Shown here piece after piece: positions 47,711-61,251 of a DNA stretch of 64,000 bases. Each line of letters starts with the position of its first letter. Position 1 is the stretch's first letter. The stretch comes from Amphiscolops sp. MND2022 (lineage: Eukaryota). Where the stretch lies: contig OZ076409.1 in NCBI GenBank assembly GCA_964187785.1, positions 14,634,001 through 14,698,000 on the forward strand, in the 5' to 3' direction. The notes beneath the pieces are model-generated. The model ran no database searches. It saw only the letters and a list, made by a program, of their open reading frames with translations, and was not told the DNA's origin. The translations under genes were made by a program, and so were the position numbers.

Positions 47711-48838
47711 GACCCTAGGTTACAAGAATCACAAATCTTGCAAAATTCTTCCGAGCATCTTGCCAACTTTGCATTTTTTACAAAAATCTTACAAGTTTGT
47801 ACAAGAATCGCAAATTTTGCAAATTTGTTACAATGTCGAACATTTCTTACAAGATTCTGATAACATTTCTGCAAAAATTGCATTTTTCCGTAAAAAATTC
47901 TTACAAAAAATGCGATGTGTAATTTCGACTAAAAATTCGTTCAAGACGGTAACATTCGTTCAATTTTCTGTCTTTTCTTATTAACATCTGCCCATTATTA
48001 TGGCCCGGGTAGCATTAAGGACGCTTTTCGGCACCGCATTTCCAGAAGTTCAGTTCTATCAACTAGTTCTTTTAATTGGCACTGCGAGTCATGTGGTCTT
48101 CAATTGGAATTATAAAATTTAAAATTAACCCATATATGGTCTTATCCCATAATTGATGTACCCCTGGTTGAAAATAAGTACAATTCTTGCCTCAAAGATT
48201 TTCGCCTCCCCTTTGACCAATTTTTTGCTCTGGGTAAATTATCATCTTTTCAAACGCAATTGTGTGGGGTTTGATTAACTCCGTGTGAATACACAGAATG
48301 CATAATTAGAGCCTTTTTTGATTATAGTTTATCTAGGCATTCGCAATTTATACGAAATATGCGAATTGCCATAATTTTGTGTAAATATCCGTTCTTAATT
48401 GCTTCGCTCAAAAGTTTGGAGCGATTGTGACGTAGTGAAATTTTGGATTCCATAGAAGTTATTGTCGACAAATTACAGAGAAGCATAATGCTAGTAATTT
48501 TGTTCAATTACGAATAATTTGAGAGTCAGCTATTTAGATAAACTCGTTCTTGGTCAAAGTCATTCAGGTCAAAGTTATTCATGTCTCAATGAATCAGGAA
48601 AATGAATGAGGGCCTTCCGATTCCCAAAAACGAAGGATCCCATAAAGTTTGAAATTATCCATTCTCTGACCCGGAAAGCTCTCGAGAAGTTGAAAATCTC
48701 CCAAAAATTCAGTCTCTGATATTTAAATTACGGATCAAGTTTATAACCCCAGTTTCTAACATCTGAAATTTTCTGCTTTGTTGTGTACTAGATAATAATT
48801 CATCATATCATAAACCATTGTGCATTGAAGTGTTCCAA

Positions 48839-49290
48839 TTTTTAGTCGGCGCATTTCAAACAAAAGAACAGACTATAGCAGTGGCTCCTATTGAGATCGG
48901 CGAACTGGCAGATTTCAAAAGCTTTCTAAAAGTTTCTATACTCTCCTATATCCTCTTGCCATACTCGCTGTATCCGAACTTTTGACGTTATGTCCGAAGT
49001 AAATTGCATTTTACTAGGGATGAGGCGGAACCTCGAATCTTATCTGTTTCGATGTTTCGTTTCCCTCCAAAATCGAAAGAAAGCACACTATGTCTGAGTT
49101 TTTGACCTTATATCCGAAGTAATTGATATTTCTGGCGAGAATAAAAAGCAAAAAAGCCCTTTTTGGCTCAAAAGGCGGACCCCTTTGGGGTTTTCGGAAC
49201 TGTAAAATTGAGAAAATATTCAAACGGGAATCTTTGACGCTTCGAAGTACTTTTGCTGTTTTTGAGCCTTAAGAGGGGCGCCGACTTTTT
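48839..49290 (+). mobile_element. HINE-like element lacking the terminal hairpin
   Basis: 5' subTIR and 3' GAGCCTTAAG...GCGCCGACT. Confidence 0.65.
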
Positions 49291-51255
49291 CACCAAGATA
49301 TGGGGTCTCGAATTTATCAGGCGAGGGGGCAGCGTACCATCAGCGATCAATTTATTTTTTCCATTTTTGCTCATTTCTGGGAAATAATGACGTCATCGCA
49401 ATGAGATGACCTTGGATGGTGGGTGGGTGATGGTGCTTGGTCTGTTAACAGAGCAGGAGATGGATTTGATTTTGAGTTGATGGTAGGTAGGTCTGTTGTT
49501 TTTTCGCAGTCTTGTCATGCGGTCCAGAGGAGAGCTAAGTGGACGGTGGATACATATATCTCTCATAGCTTGATAGTTCCAGGACAACGGCGCGTCCGCG
49601 GAGGTTGCAAATATTTTGACGGTAGCTGCACCTCTTTATAGTAGCCTCCCTCCACACACTAGATGCGGTGATGCTTTTGGCAATCCGGAGAATTGAAGGC
49701 AATAGGTACATGCCGAGCATAGCACAGAGCATGGAGCTTATAGACGATTCGACCACCTCTTTGTAATGTATCAAGTTTCCGCTTGGTCTATTGTTTTGAG
49801 AGCAGTAAGCCATGTGGCAAATTCCCTCTCTTGGCTCAAGTAATCTGTGGAAACAAATTTTGAGATGCCATGAATACAGTTATGACACATTAACGACCAC
49901 AAATTGATTTTCATCAGTCGATAGGGCAAGTTATTCTGATGGTGAGTAGCGCGATCATCGATTGAAGAACAGTTCAATTGCGAAATGATAAGGCGTTGGC
50001 AAAAGGCGGCGGGAGATGCAACTGCAAGATGGCATTATCTCCCGGCCTCCAACTTCCTTTCTTTCAAGCGCGCCGTGGCGGGAAAGTGGCCGTCGAGATA
50101 GGAGAAAGATATGCTTCTCCACTGCAAACTACTTTTCCATAATTATTCTCCGGGGTGTCTCTAGAATGTGTCTCTTCAAAAATGGAAATTTATTCAAATA
50201 TTGATGCCTTTTTCAAAGTCTTGTGCGCACGTAAAAGCCACATAAAGCTACATTAAGGCTATAACAAAGTTTATAATTTCAGGACCCGATCACTGGGGAA
50301 TAGCCAACCCAGATTGGAGAATATGCAGAGATGGAAAATTCCAATCGCCCATCGACATCCCATCAACCAGCGTCAGATTCGATCCTCAACTTAGTCAATC
50401 TCTACTCTACGTTTCAGGATCTAGAAGTGTTAGTACTATCTCAACCCGATCCCTTCCGTGAACTTTTAACCCATAGCCTTTTTCCTTTTATGGAATCATT
50501 CCTTTCCACCACGACATCAAAAAGCGACACTTCACGCATACATCGTCATGATACTTTTCTCTACTTCATGGAAGCAAAAATATCTGCATAAATACCCGGG
50601 ATTCATTTGATACAAAAATAAAAAGCCCCTTCTTATCAATTTTTGTTTGCCCTGATCAAACTCAATCTCTGAGGAGGAGAGTTGTGATTGAAGAGCCTAT
50701 CGGGCTTCTTGATTCCTCTGGGATTCAGTCCACAAATGACGCTACGAATTCGATTGTTGTGAAGAATAATAGAACGCGAACAAGCGTTGGTTCAGCCTAA
50801 ATTGGATCAAAATAACACAGCTGAAATAAAGAACACCTTTTGGGGAAAATGAAATTTGTTTTCATGGATTTTAACTAAGCAGTAGCAAGTGACGAGAAAA
50901 GACAAGAATTACCACTAATAAAATACATTTAAGTAGGATTTTTGAAACTGCATTAGGTGACTTAGGTTTTTAATTCAAACTTTTGTATCCTTAATCATCG
51001 ATTCCTTCATTGGACTGTTTTACTTTTTCCATTTTCTCACATGGAAGTTTTAATTTGCCAGCCTTAAAACTTCCCAAAAAAACCTTGGATGGAGCTTTTT
51101 AAAACCATCGGCCAGCCGAAGTGAGCCTTGGCAAATTGGTAAAAAAATCCGCTAATCATTTTCCATCTATAGAAAAAACCTTCACACTCCCAATCAAGTT
51201 TCAGAATTAAAACTCGAAAATTGGGACCCGTATAACCATGACGTAAAACAACTTA

Positions 51256-51842
51256 TTTTTAGTCGGCGCTTGATGAAATAAAATGCGCTTATTACAGTGA
51301 CTTTTTGCCGTGTTTTTCTTCAATCCGCTCGAAGTGATCATTTCGTGCCGTTTTCATGAATGTCAAACTCCAAAAATTCACAATAGTTCAACAAATTAGC
51401 AAACAAGGGTCTTCGCATATTTATTTGCATTTAAAAGGAATTCAATTTTTTTTCGGAACTGTACAAATTTTTTCTTCAGAAATTGAATTTTCCAAAAGGC
51501 TCTCAATTTTGGTTTTTGATATTTTTGGATTAGAAAAAGCGTTTTAAGTTCAATGGGTCCTCTTTGTATTTTTTTGGACACTGTACGACTTTGCTACAGG
51601 ATAATTTAATTTCACAAAAGGTTCTCGCTTTGGTTCTTTGATAATTCTGGTGAAACTTTGTTTTTCTGTATTTTGGTAATGGAAAAATCAAAAAGCCCTT
51701 TTAGTCCAAAAAATCTCACCTTTGAGTTTTTTCGGAACTATGAGATTTACAATTTTTCGAAAAGAAATTCGAAGTATTTTTGTTTTTTTTTTAAAAAAAA
51801 AAAGCTCAAGCGAGCGCCGTTTTATGCCGTCCCTGGCTTGTT
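51256..51842 (+). mobile_element. HINE-like element, diverged
   Basis: TTTTTAGTCGGCGC...GCGCCG...GCCGTCCCTGGCTTGTT. Confidence 0.65.
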
Positions 51843-53007
51843 CAACAAGTTTATGTAAATGCTTTGAAGCCCAAAAAATTGAAAGCTTTCAATTTTTCGT
51901 ATCGAATTCATTGGATGATTAATAAGCAATAAAGCAGTCACGAAGACCGCAAATCTAGTTTCCCTTTCGAAATAAATGCAGATTTTTTGAAGGAAATACC
52001 AACAAAGTTATATTTTCATGGCTTGCCTTTTCCTCAGTTTACGATGACTCCTCGCTTGAAGTTTCTTTTGCAAAACCGAGCCGGCAGCTGGCAAAATCGA
52101 TTCGAGAGTTTATACGTTTCGTCTTGGCTTCTGCTACGTTCCTCTACACTGACAAAAGCTTCTCCAATTCATAAACAAACTATGCCATCCCTGAGTGTTT
52201 ATGGTCAGCATTTTTTGTTCTTGAGTAAAAAAATGAACCACAAAAACTTGCTGAATAAAAATTTAGTAGCATCAACGAAATCGCTTCAACCTGAAAACAT
52301 TCTACAGTACAGCGGTTTAATTCTCCGCTTCACACAATAGATCAAGTTTGAATGCGTAATCGTTTGAACAATAGTATAGTCTTTACCGATTATTCGAACG
52401 TTTCCTCGCGTCAAAATTTTGAAAGAAAGTAAAATACGTCATACTTTTACATTCAACAAACAAGTAACAGTGACCGAAACGTTTTTGCAGCTGGAAAAGA
52501 TCCCATAATAAGGAAAAATTCATAAGATTGTTTCACATATTTCCGTGAAAAAAATCTGTTTTGAAAATCACACAAACCTCTTGTATGTTTTTTCTCTTTA
52601 CAACTGAAGGGATCAAAATTTTTAACAGGTCGGTTTGAATTCTCCGGTTTCAGCTCATGTTTGTGTACTCGTGGTCCGCGAGGGACCATCATTACGATAC
52701 ATATGCCGCAAAAGTGGATTTTGCCATCTTTTGTAATTTATATTTTGTGTAAAACGAGAGCCAGCCGCATTCTAGTGAATCAGTGCAATGTGTTCATCGT
52801 GAATTTTGATGCACAGTGTGATCATAATTTGCGGATTGTGATCATTGAGCGTAAGTAGAGAAAAGTGGAAACCAGTCAAGAATGTTCAACCTAAATTTCA
52901 CTCAATTCCGTCATGATTATAACAAACCGCGATTGACTATTGCATCAAAACTTTTTTGTCCAATGGACGTGGCTTGAGCTGAACGTCAAATCTTCATGAC
53001 ATCATTG

Positions 53008-53474
53008 AACAAGCTGGGAACGGCCCAAGTCGGCGCCATATCTAAGGCTCAAAAATAGCAAAAGGACTCCAAAGTGTCAAAGTATTCTCTTCTACAGTAT
53101 CCGAAAAACCCAAAAGTTGGACCGAATTGGCGCGCCAGGGGGACCCTTTGAGATTTTTCATCCATTCTGTCGCAAATCATCAAAACAATTGAAGGGGTGA
53201 ACCCTTTGGTGAAAAAAACTTTCGAATAAAAATCTCAATGCCGAAAAAAATTGAAAGGGGACCCTTTAGTCTCGTACAGTTTTGTATGTTATGCTAAAAA
53301 GGAAACAATTCTCATAGTCCAGTTCCCTGGGCCAAAAGGGGCAATTTGGCGCTTTAAAATTTTGTAGAACTTTTGGTGGAACTATTTTGGTCACTTCAGG
53401 TGTATCGAAAAAAACACTGACGAAAAGCCATGACTATAGTCGACTCTTTTCTTAAGAAAAGCGCCGACTAAAAA
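53008..53474 (-). mobile_element. HINE-like element, complete copy
   Basis: Both termini; interior similar to 17604-18032 and to the reverse complement of 19655-20259. Confidence 0.75.
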
Positions 53475-56400
53475 TACAACTAACACAACATTTGGTAATA
53501 TTCGATTTTAAAGTAATTTGCAAAAAGAGCCAACCAAAGCATCTATGAAACAAAAAACTCACGGTGATGTATCTCCCAACGCTTGAATACGCAGGTTTAA
53601 AGATCATGACATTCTATCCATGATTCATGGGGTTCGCCATTCCGAGAATTATTTCATGATAATCAAAATATATCCAGGATTCAAGGACGAAAAACCATGA
53701 TAGCATGGATAATCAAGGATAAAAAACCATGATAACAAGAAATGGAACTAAGGAAAACTGACTAACTTAACTTTGCATTATCAAGAAAATTGAATTAAAC
53801 CAGAGATGGCAAAAAGCCCCAATTTCTTAATATTTTGTCACTACCGATGCTGTTAAACAACACTAGAATGTAAAATTATCTGGAATTGGCGAGATGAAAC
53901 TAGCATATGAGAGTAGGGAAGTGAAAATCAATTCCAGTTGAACGGTTTAAACGTTTTTATTATATATATTTTTAGATATTTTTCTTTATACGTTATTCCC
54001 GACGCTTGCCGCTTTAGACGTTATTCCCGTTTTGCATTTAGATATTATTCCTTAGTCGTTATTCCCGGTCCCCATGGTATTCCCGGCTTTCACACATTCA
54101 TAGACAGGCCTTCCAACTAGGGACACGGTCAATAACTGAAAATGGCTTAATCGAATTTTTGACATGATATCCTTGGTAAGAATCATGACAAACCATGGTT
54201 ATCTTGCCAAGATCTTGCCATGATCTTGCCATGATCATGGCAAGCGTTCCATGGCTTCGAACACTGGGTTGAGATCTGTGCGTATCTAAGGTTTCGGCTG
54301 CGCAATGAAAGATGAGGAAGAAAATTTCGAATTGAAAAAATAACGCTGCTTTAAGCGAGACGAAAATGAATTTCATGAAAATTTTATCGCTTTAGCGTAA
54401 TTACCTGAATGAACACCCATGATTCGATGTATAATATATTCCATACTTTGGACTTTTGCCCATTTTTCATAACAGTTTTCGCTAGAAATGCTCATAAGTA
54501 TAGAAGCTATCAACAGAATGTAAATACATTCTTGAATGTTTTACTGAGCTTTTCATGTTGCTTTTTTCACCTTGTTTTTCCCGGAGGAGACGAAAAACAT
54601 TGCTGTGATATTGCATCTTTTGTCCCGCCTGTGGCCTTGGCAAGTAGCTGTTTTGAAGAGAACTTCAATTGAAGTACCTAGCTGAGAGATCTGAAGTTAT
54701 GGGCTAGACTTGTCGCACACAATGAACTTGAAAATGAACTTGAAAATCATGAATTTTTCACTTGTTCATTTCGAAATTCTTTGATTAAGCAGTTCCCACG
54801 CTGTGTTTACAAATTAGTCGATTACGTCACATCTTACATGCACAAGGTCAAATAAAATGTACCCCACGCAAGCACCTCGCTTTTTGTATTATGCAATTTG
54901 GCTTTAAAACTGATTACCTACACATTGGCAAGGTACTGCAAATTAACACTTCTGTTTTTATTCGCCTTTCATCAAGTAGGCGACGAAAGAAGTGTGAATG
55001 ATTAATCATCATGGGCTCACCCAGAGATAAGAAAAATGTACCCGAAATGTCTTGGTTTATTAAAATGTACCCGGTCATGCAGGGTGAGTCAATAGGTACT
55101 CAGAGGATACATGGAGAGCTTTTATGGATTTGGACACCTCTGTAAATTCTTCCATCTTTAATGGAATTAAAAACATCAATTTAGCACCGAAAACTTTGCA
55201 CCCCATTAACCTCTCGGCCGAGCTTGTAACCACCGTGGTGCCTTAATGGGTTATTCCTTGTTTCCTTGCTTGTTTCCACTTACATTTGATTGAATAGAAA
55301 TGAAGATTTTCTCTGGAAATGGAGAAAAAACAGGCGCAGATTTGACAAAAAACGGGTGGCTTTAATTTCTTGTTTCTTCATTTCGCATCTTGTGAATTAC
55401 TGTGCCGACGGGGTCGAGAGATGAGAAAGGTGAAATAGAAGAAAAGGTTGACGTAGATTGAAAGGGACCTGAGGCTAATTTTGTGCTCAAATCAGCGGAG
55501 ATACAATGTGCATGATATAGGCAGAGACATTAGTATTTGAGACGCAATATATTCTATTATGAAAAAGTGACAGTAGTTTGATAGACGCCAGTCCACACAT
55601 CCAATTGAATTTAATCCTCCCAAATTTCCCTCGCATATCGACTAAATAAAAAAATCTTCCGCAGTGTCGTCTTTTTCAGCCTGCGTCTATTTACTTTATG
55701 GTCGCAAATCTCTCCCATGCCTGTTGCGTAACTTGTTACGTAACTCTGCCGGCACAGGCGGTGGAGATTGAACGTGGGGCTCAAATTGAATCCAGCGTGC
55801 ACTGGTCGCAACCCAGCAGCAGATTTGGGCCCGGGGAAAAATTCGATTCTATCAAGTTTGACAGCTAAATGTCAATCATTTGGCTCTCTGTTGCGAAATA
55901 ATTTAATCTTGCTCGCAAGTGCGAGTGTCCTCGCACCAAATAATTGAACCGCCGCAAATCGGCTTCGAACTTTCCCCGGTACTTATTCTGTCTAAATCTC
56001 TCTAAACCGTCGTACCAATGTCAGACTAGAATTAGAAACACTCCAGCTAGACAACGCAGCATCTAAAATTATCAATGTGCATTCATGATTCTTGAACCTC
56101 AGCTACCCCTTCTTTATTGCTTGGCTTTTTTTCGAAAATTTTGAGAGCAGGATTTAGAATTTCGTTATCCAGTTATTCAAAAATACTTGTCAAAAATGGC
56201 CCACCCGCGAATTCTATTTTTTGGTTTTAAAAAAGTTATCTAATATAAAAGAAAAAAAGTTTGTCAAGCTATGTAGAAACAGCACATTTCCGAAATTTGA
56301 GAAAAAATCTCTGGCCTTCTGAAGTTCCGACATCAAGCAGATGAGTGTAAAAAATTAAGCATTTTCCAGGTGAATTTGATAATATAATCAGTATGGAGTT

Positions 56401-57037
56401 AAAACTGGACTGAAATGATTGAAAAATCAGGACGGAGAAATTTCAAAAGTTTGTTCCAGCAGCTGCAACTTTCCATTGTTATCAAAAATGATTGGCAAGA
56501 ACCTCACTTGGGATTTTGATTCATTATTGATTTCACACAAATTGTCTTCAATTCGCCAATTTCATCGCATACCCGTCACAGTTGCATTGCAAATTCAAGC
56601 ATTCTTATCACTAGAAGTAGTCTCCAAATTCTGCGGTGCAATCAAAGCTCAAACGTCTGCAAATGATAGACATTTAAATGAATGGAACAAAGTCCATAGG
56701 TTTGAAAAGTGTTTGCAAAAAACTGGGCAGCAGGTTTTTGAAGCATTTGTCATTTTCAATTGAGTTTCATGAATGGGAAAAGAAACTACTCCAATCAAAT
56801 CGCGTGCTTTTCTTTCAAATTGCTGCTGACAACTGCAATTTTGTTCAATTTCTAGTTTAGTGAACAGATCTTACAAGTTATAGGTCGGGTGTTCGAATCT
56901 TGCATTGGTCCTATGGAAATGTAGCAAAACTTTCGTGGCCCAGATTGTTGAGCTCACCTTGGCCTCTGTGTGCGCTTTTGTTTGTGTGTAAAATCGTTAC
57001 AAGCACACTGACCTACAAAGGCGACACAAGAAGATAC

Positions 57038-57535
57038 AACAAGACGGGAACAACGACGGCGCTATATCTAAGGCTCAAAAAGCGCAGTTTTTAAAATATG
57101 CGTTGGACGTTTTCATGAAAAACTCCTGTTATCGAACCTCCGTCTGCTCCTGAATAAAATGCGATATTGTTCGGAAATAACGTCAAAAGTTCGGATATAG
57201 TGCTTCAGTTCGAATATTACGAGGGGAGACTTCAATAAAATCGAAGGGGGACACTTTGGAGACAAAAAATTTCAAACAAACGTCTCAAGGCCCCGAAAAA
57301 ATTGAAAGAGGAACCCTTTAGTCTCATACGGTTTTGTAGGTAACATTAAAAAAGCAAACAATTGAAGGGGGGACACTTTGCACTAAGTTTCCGCCGGCTG
57401 GACTTGGCCTCTGTAGTTTTAGTAGTATCTGTAAAAAGTGGACCGATCAGTGTGAGGTCTGTGGTCTGGAAAAAAAAAGGGTCACTGTAAGAGTCGGGCA
57501 TTTTTCTTTTAAAGGAAAATGCGCCGACTAAAAAA
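57038..57535 (-). mobile_element. HINE-like element, complete copy
   Basis: AACAAGACGGGAAC...GCGCCGACTAAAAAA. Confidence 0.72.
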
Positions 57536-58913
57536 GAACTTATATGGAGTTTTTGGCACTGCTAGACTGTTTTCATACCTTGAATAGTGATTTCAAAGGG
57601 TCCTTGATCTGGGTATATGATATTTTGGAATCATATTAACGTTGAAAAAGCCCGGTTTTAATATTCCCCGGAAAGACTCTCAGTTGATCTCCAGATGCGA
57701 CTTATGGGTTTCCTGACTTTTGATGTTTAAAAATGTTGAGAACTGCAATTTATATTTTCGCCCTAACCCACAAGATGTTATAGTGACTGACTTGACCAGT
57801 GATTAGAGACATCTTCAATATATAGGTGAAACAAGCAATTAAACAAAGTGTGAAACTCAAATATCAAAATTACAATAATGGAAAGTTCCATGTCCGTGAG
57901 TTCATCCAAAGGTCAAATACACAACACTACCTCCTTTGGAAAACTTCCCGTGACTGAAAGAACAGCTCTAAGTTTCCATCATAGTTAATCCCATAAGCCC
58001 TTTGGTGGCTCACTTGTCCATTAGTACGGTCAATTATTTCAAGGATTCACAAATTCCTGGAAAAGTTCATTCAGCAAATGATAGGCGGGGCTGAGGAATT
58101 CATTGCTCCGAATTCGTCCGATAAATTTTTTCGCCAACCAAGTTTTGCTCCAAGACGTCCGAATAGATTCCTTGCTGTCCAACTCAACGCGTTAGGTATT
58201 GTAAGCCGTCGTCGGAGAGAGTTTCAACAATGATGAGGAGCCAATTGCCAGGGTTGTCTTGTCACCTTGTAACACTCCTCGAAAAGTCTATCAGCTGATC
58301 TTCAGATGCGACGCATGGGTTGCCTGACTCCTTTCGATATTGAAAAGACGTTGAGAACTGCAATTAAAATTTTGGTCGTAATCCACAAGATGGTACAGTG
58401 ACATGACCAGAAAAATGTTGAAGCCAACTGATTTATGTTGATGGTGCCCGGGGTCAAGTTATTAGAGAAATATTCAATAACCCTGGCGCACCAATTCGGT
58501 CCAACTTTTTGCTTTTTGGGGTACTGCAGATTAAAACAGGGCTACCTGTTTTGAACGTCCATGGCTCAAGTTGTTGTTGTTGAACAAATGAACAAAAAAT
58601 TGGACCTTACGCGTCTAAAAACTATCCACTGTAAGCATCGGGCACTTTTCTTCATAAGCGCCGACTAAAAAAGAATGCATTTAGCTCTCCAATGTCAGTT
58701 TTTGATGCTTAAAAATAGTCAATAGATTTCACTAGAAATTAAATTTTGAGCCTTGGATTGACCCATTCTCAATTTTTAGTCGGCGCTTTTTCGTAGAAAA
58801 ACGCAGACTATAGTAGTGACTTTTCTTTTTTAAAGACCAACGAAGTGACAGATTTTATAAGCTTTATAAGCTGACTTGAACTAACACTTTATGCCACACT
58901 ATTTTTCTACTGG

Positions 58914-60037
58914 TGTCATGCCCGCCAAGCATGAAGGAATTAAACGAACTCTAAAACATTAATTTATACATCAAACTCCCTAAAATACAGATCATCATGA
59001 AAATACATTGCAGTAATTTATCCCCCGAACAACACAGTTGAAAGGATAACAACTGGAAGTAACAGTCATCAATACTAAATTCATTCATGTTATTGTGCAT
59101 CGTTTAGAAACCAAGACTGAAATATTCAGTCACAACAAGTGATTCCCATAAATACGACTGAAACAATCAGTCATCAGCTATCGTGATAGTTTGTCATTTA
59201 ATCATTATTCATCCATTTTTTATATTACATGTAAAGTATTACCAGAATATTCAATCATTCATAACAACAACATTTCGTTCATTCATATTAGCAATTTGTA
59301 CAATGCCTTTTAGTAATTATCCTCCAAACGATATTTGAATCAGTCACCATGATGATAAGGATACACGGTAGTAAAGCCTCAGTTTAAGAGGTAATTGAGA
59401 CAATTGCGTGCTAAAATGACTGATGCTTGCGGTCATACTAGATCAAACATGAATACTTAAACGCCGATTATCACCCGTCACGACTGTAGCCACCAGTCGT
59501 CAAGTGCAATTAAATAGCAATTAGTAAATCGAATGTCATTGGCTAAAAGGAAAGGTGCTAACACACCTTTATAGTTACACAATCGGGTAAAACCGAACTC
59601 ACTCACGAGTTGTAACCATTGATATAACCAGTTGCCTACTACCTTGCTTACGAGTTATCAATCCTTATTTTAACATTAAAACATTTCAATTCAACTTAAA
59701 ACTTCCAGACTTTTCATGGTAATTACCAGATCTCAAAGTAGTCAAAATAGACAAGTAAAAACTGAAAATATGGATAGATCAAGCGATAACGAAAGTGAAG
59801 CCAGTTTCCCTGAACTTTTATCCAGAGGCCAAATGGTAGACCTTGACTCTGACGACGTTTTAACTAGACGTCAAAATGGTAACAGTTATAACATTGACCA
59901 ACGATTTAATGAGATAAATAGACAAATCGGAGACCTTACCAATATCGTCCTTACACTGACCAATCAGTTTGCCTCCGTTAATGGAGAAGGGAACAGACTG
60001 AATCCAGCAACTACAAGTACTGACGGTCGTTCCGACA
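58914..60037 (+). repeat. Putative 5' LTR (about 1124 bp)
   Basis: Starts TGTCATG where a HINE copy breaks off; ends TCCGACA directly before TGGTGACAGGAGT; 4-bp terminal inverted repeat. Confidence 0.65.
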
Positions 60038-61251
60038 TGGTGACAGGAGTCTCGAACCCACGACCATCAGGATCTCGAACAAAACCACCCAACGGGACAC
60101 CAAGGAGTGACGAAAGTATTCCGCAGATAGCAGATGTGATGACGGAAATCCACCATCTCCGCAGTACAATGGGGGAAACCTTGACCCATCCAAAAATCCT
60201 GCAGACCCAAGTACCTCTATTCAAGGGAAATCGAGACAAATACAATGAATTCGAGCATTTATTGCTCAACCACTTACGACCACATGCCCACAAACTAACC
60301 GAAGAACAAAAACTCAACTACTTTCAGAGTCTTCTCAGAGATGACGCAATTGAGTTTTGGCAAACCCTAACAATCACGACAGAAACGACACTGAGAGATA
60401 TACTGACGGCATTCAAAAAAGAATACGCAAAGGAAGAACTCTCAGAAGTCTCGAAGTTCAAATTCGACCAGCTATGATACGACCCGGCCACTGAGTCATT
60501 CAGTACCTTCCTCGCCAATTACAGAAAGATTGCCAAACAAGCCTACGGCGAAAAGGCACAGGAAATTGTCCAGACCTTCCTATTTGCCAAATTACCGATC
60601 CAGCTCCAAAACGAACTGGCAATTGCAGGAAAACACAATGCCAGCATTGAAGACATCAAAACATTCGTCCAGAGAAGATGTCAATATGCCCAGTTACTAC
60701 CAAACCAACAACTCCTCCAACCGTTCAACCAAGCTATCCAGACACAAGAAGTCCCAAACAAGCCAGTTGTTCAGAAGAGGAACGAAAACGAACGACCAAC
60801 AATCAAAAAGAAATTCGATGGCAACTGCAGATACTGCGCAATTTACGGACACAAATGGGCTGAGTGCCGAAAACGACTGCGTGACGAAGCAGCGGGCAAC
60901 AACAACTCACAACCTCAGAAAAAACCCGAACAGCAAAATAACAACTCAGAAACACAACCAAAATACAATGCCAAACTGGTCTGCCAAATTTGCGGATATA
61001 CAGTTCACTCCGCAAAAGACTGCCGTTAGAGAATACCCCAAACCTCCGCCTACGGAAGCGTGCCATACAATAGGCAAACCACAAATGAAAACAGGGACTT
61101 CCGACGCGACTTCCGAAGAGCACACAACTACCCTTACCCAGCAAATGAAATGAACGAACTTGCACCAGGGGACCAACAACAGCAAACCAGTGACGACTAC
61201 TACCAACAGGAATTCACCGAAGGATCATCCAGCCAGCCAAAAAACTTCTGA
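59716..61251 (+). pseudogene. gag: gag with two in-frame stops
   Basis: One frame read past TGA 60475-60477 and TAG 61027-61029 gives a capsid-like region and knuckles CRYCAIYGHKWAEC and CQICGYTVHSAKDC. Confidence 0.88.
60038..60050 (+). promoter_or_regulatory. Primer binding site, tRNA-Leu-like
   Basis: TGGTGACAGGAGT after ...CA; one mismatch from the familiar tRNA-Leu PBS TGGTGTCAGGAGT. Confidence 0.65.

Noticed and set aside
54990..55900. Possible host exons or coding relic
   Set aside because: No frame stays open and no motif recognised
60475..60477. Programmed readthrough of the gag TGA
   Set aside because: A second stop and a pol frameshift indicate decay or sequence error
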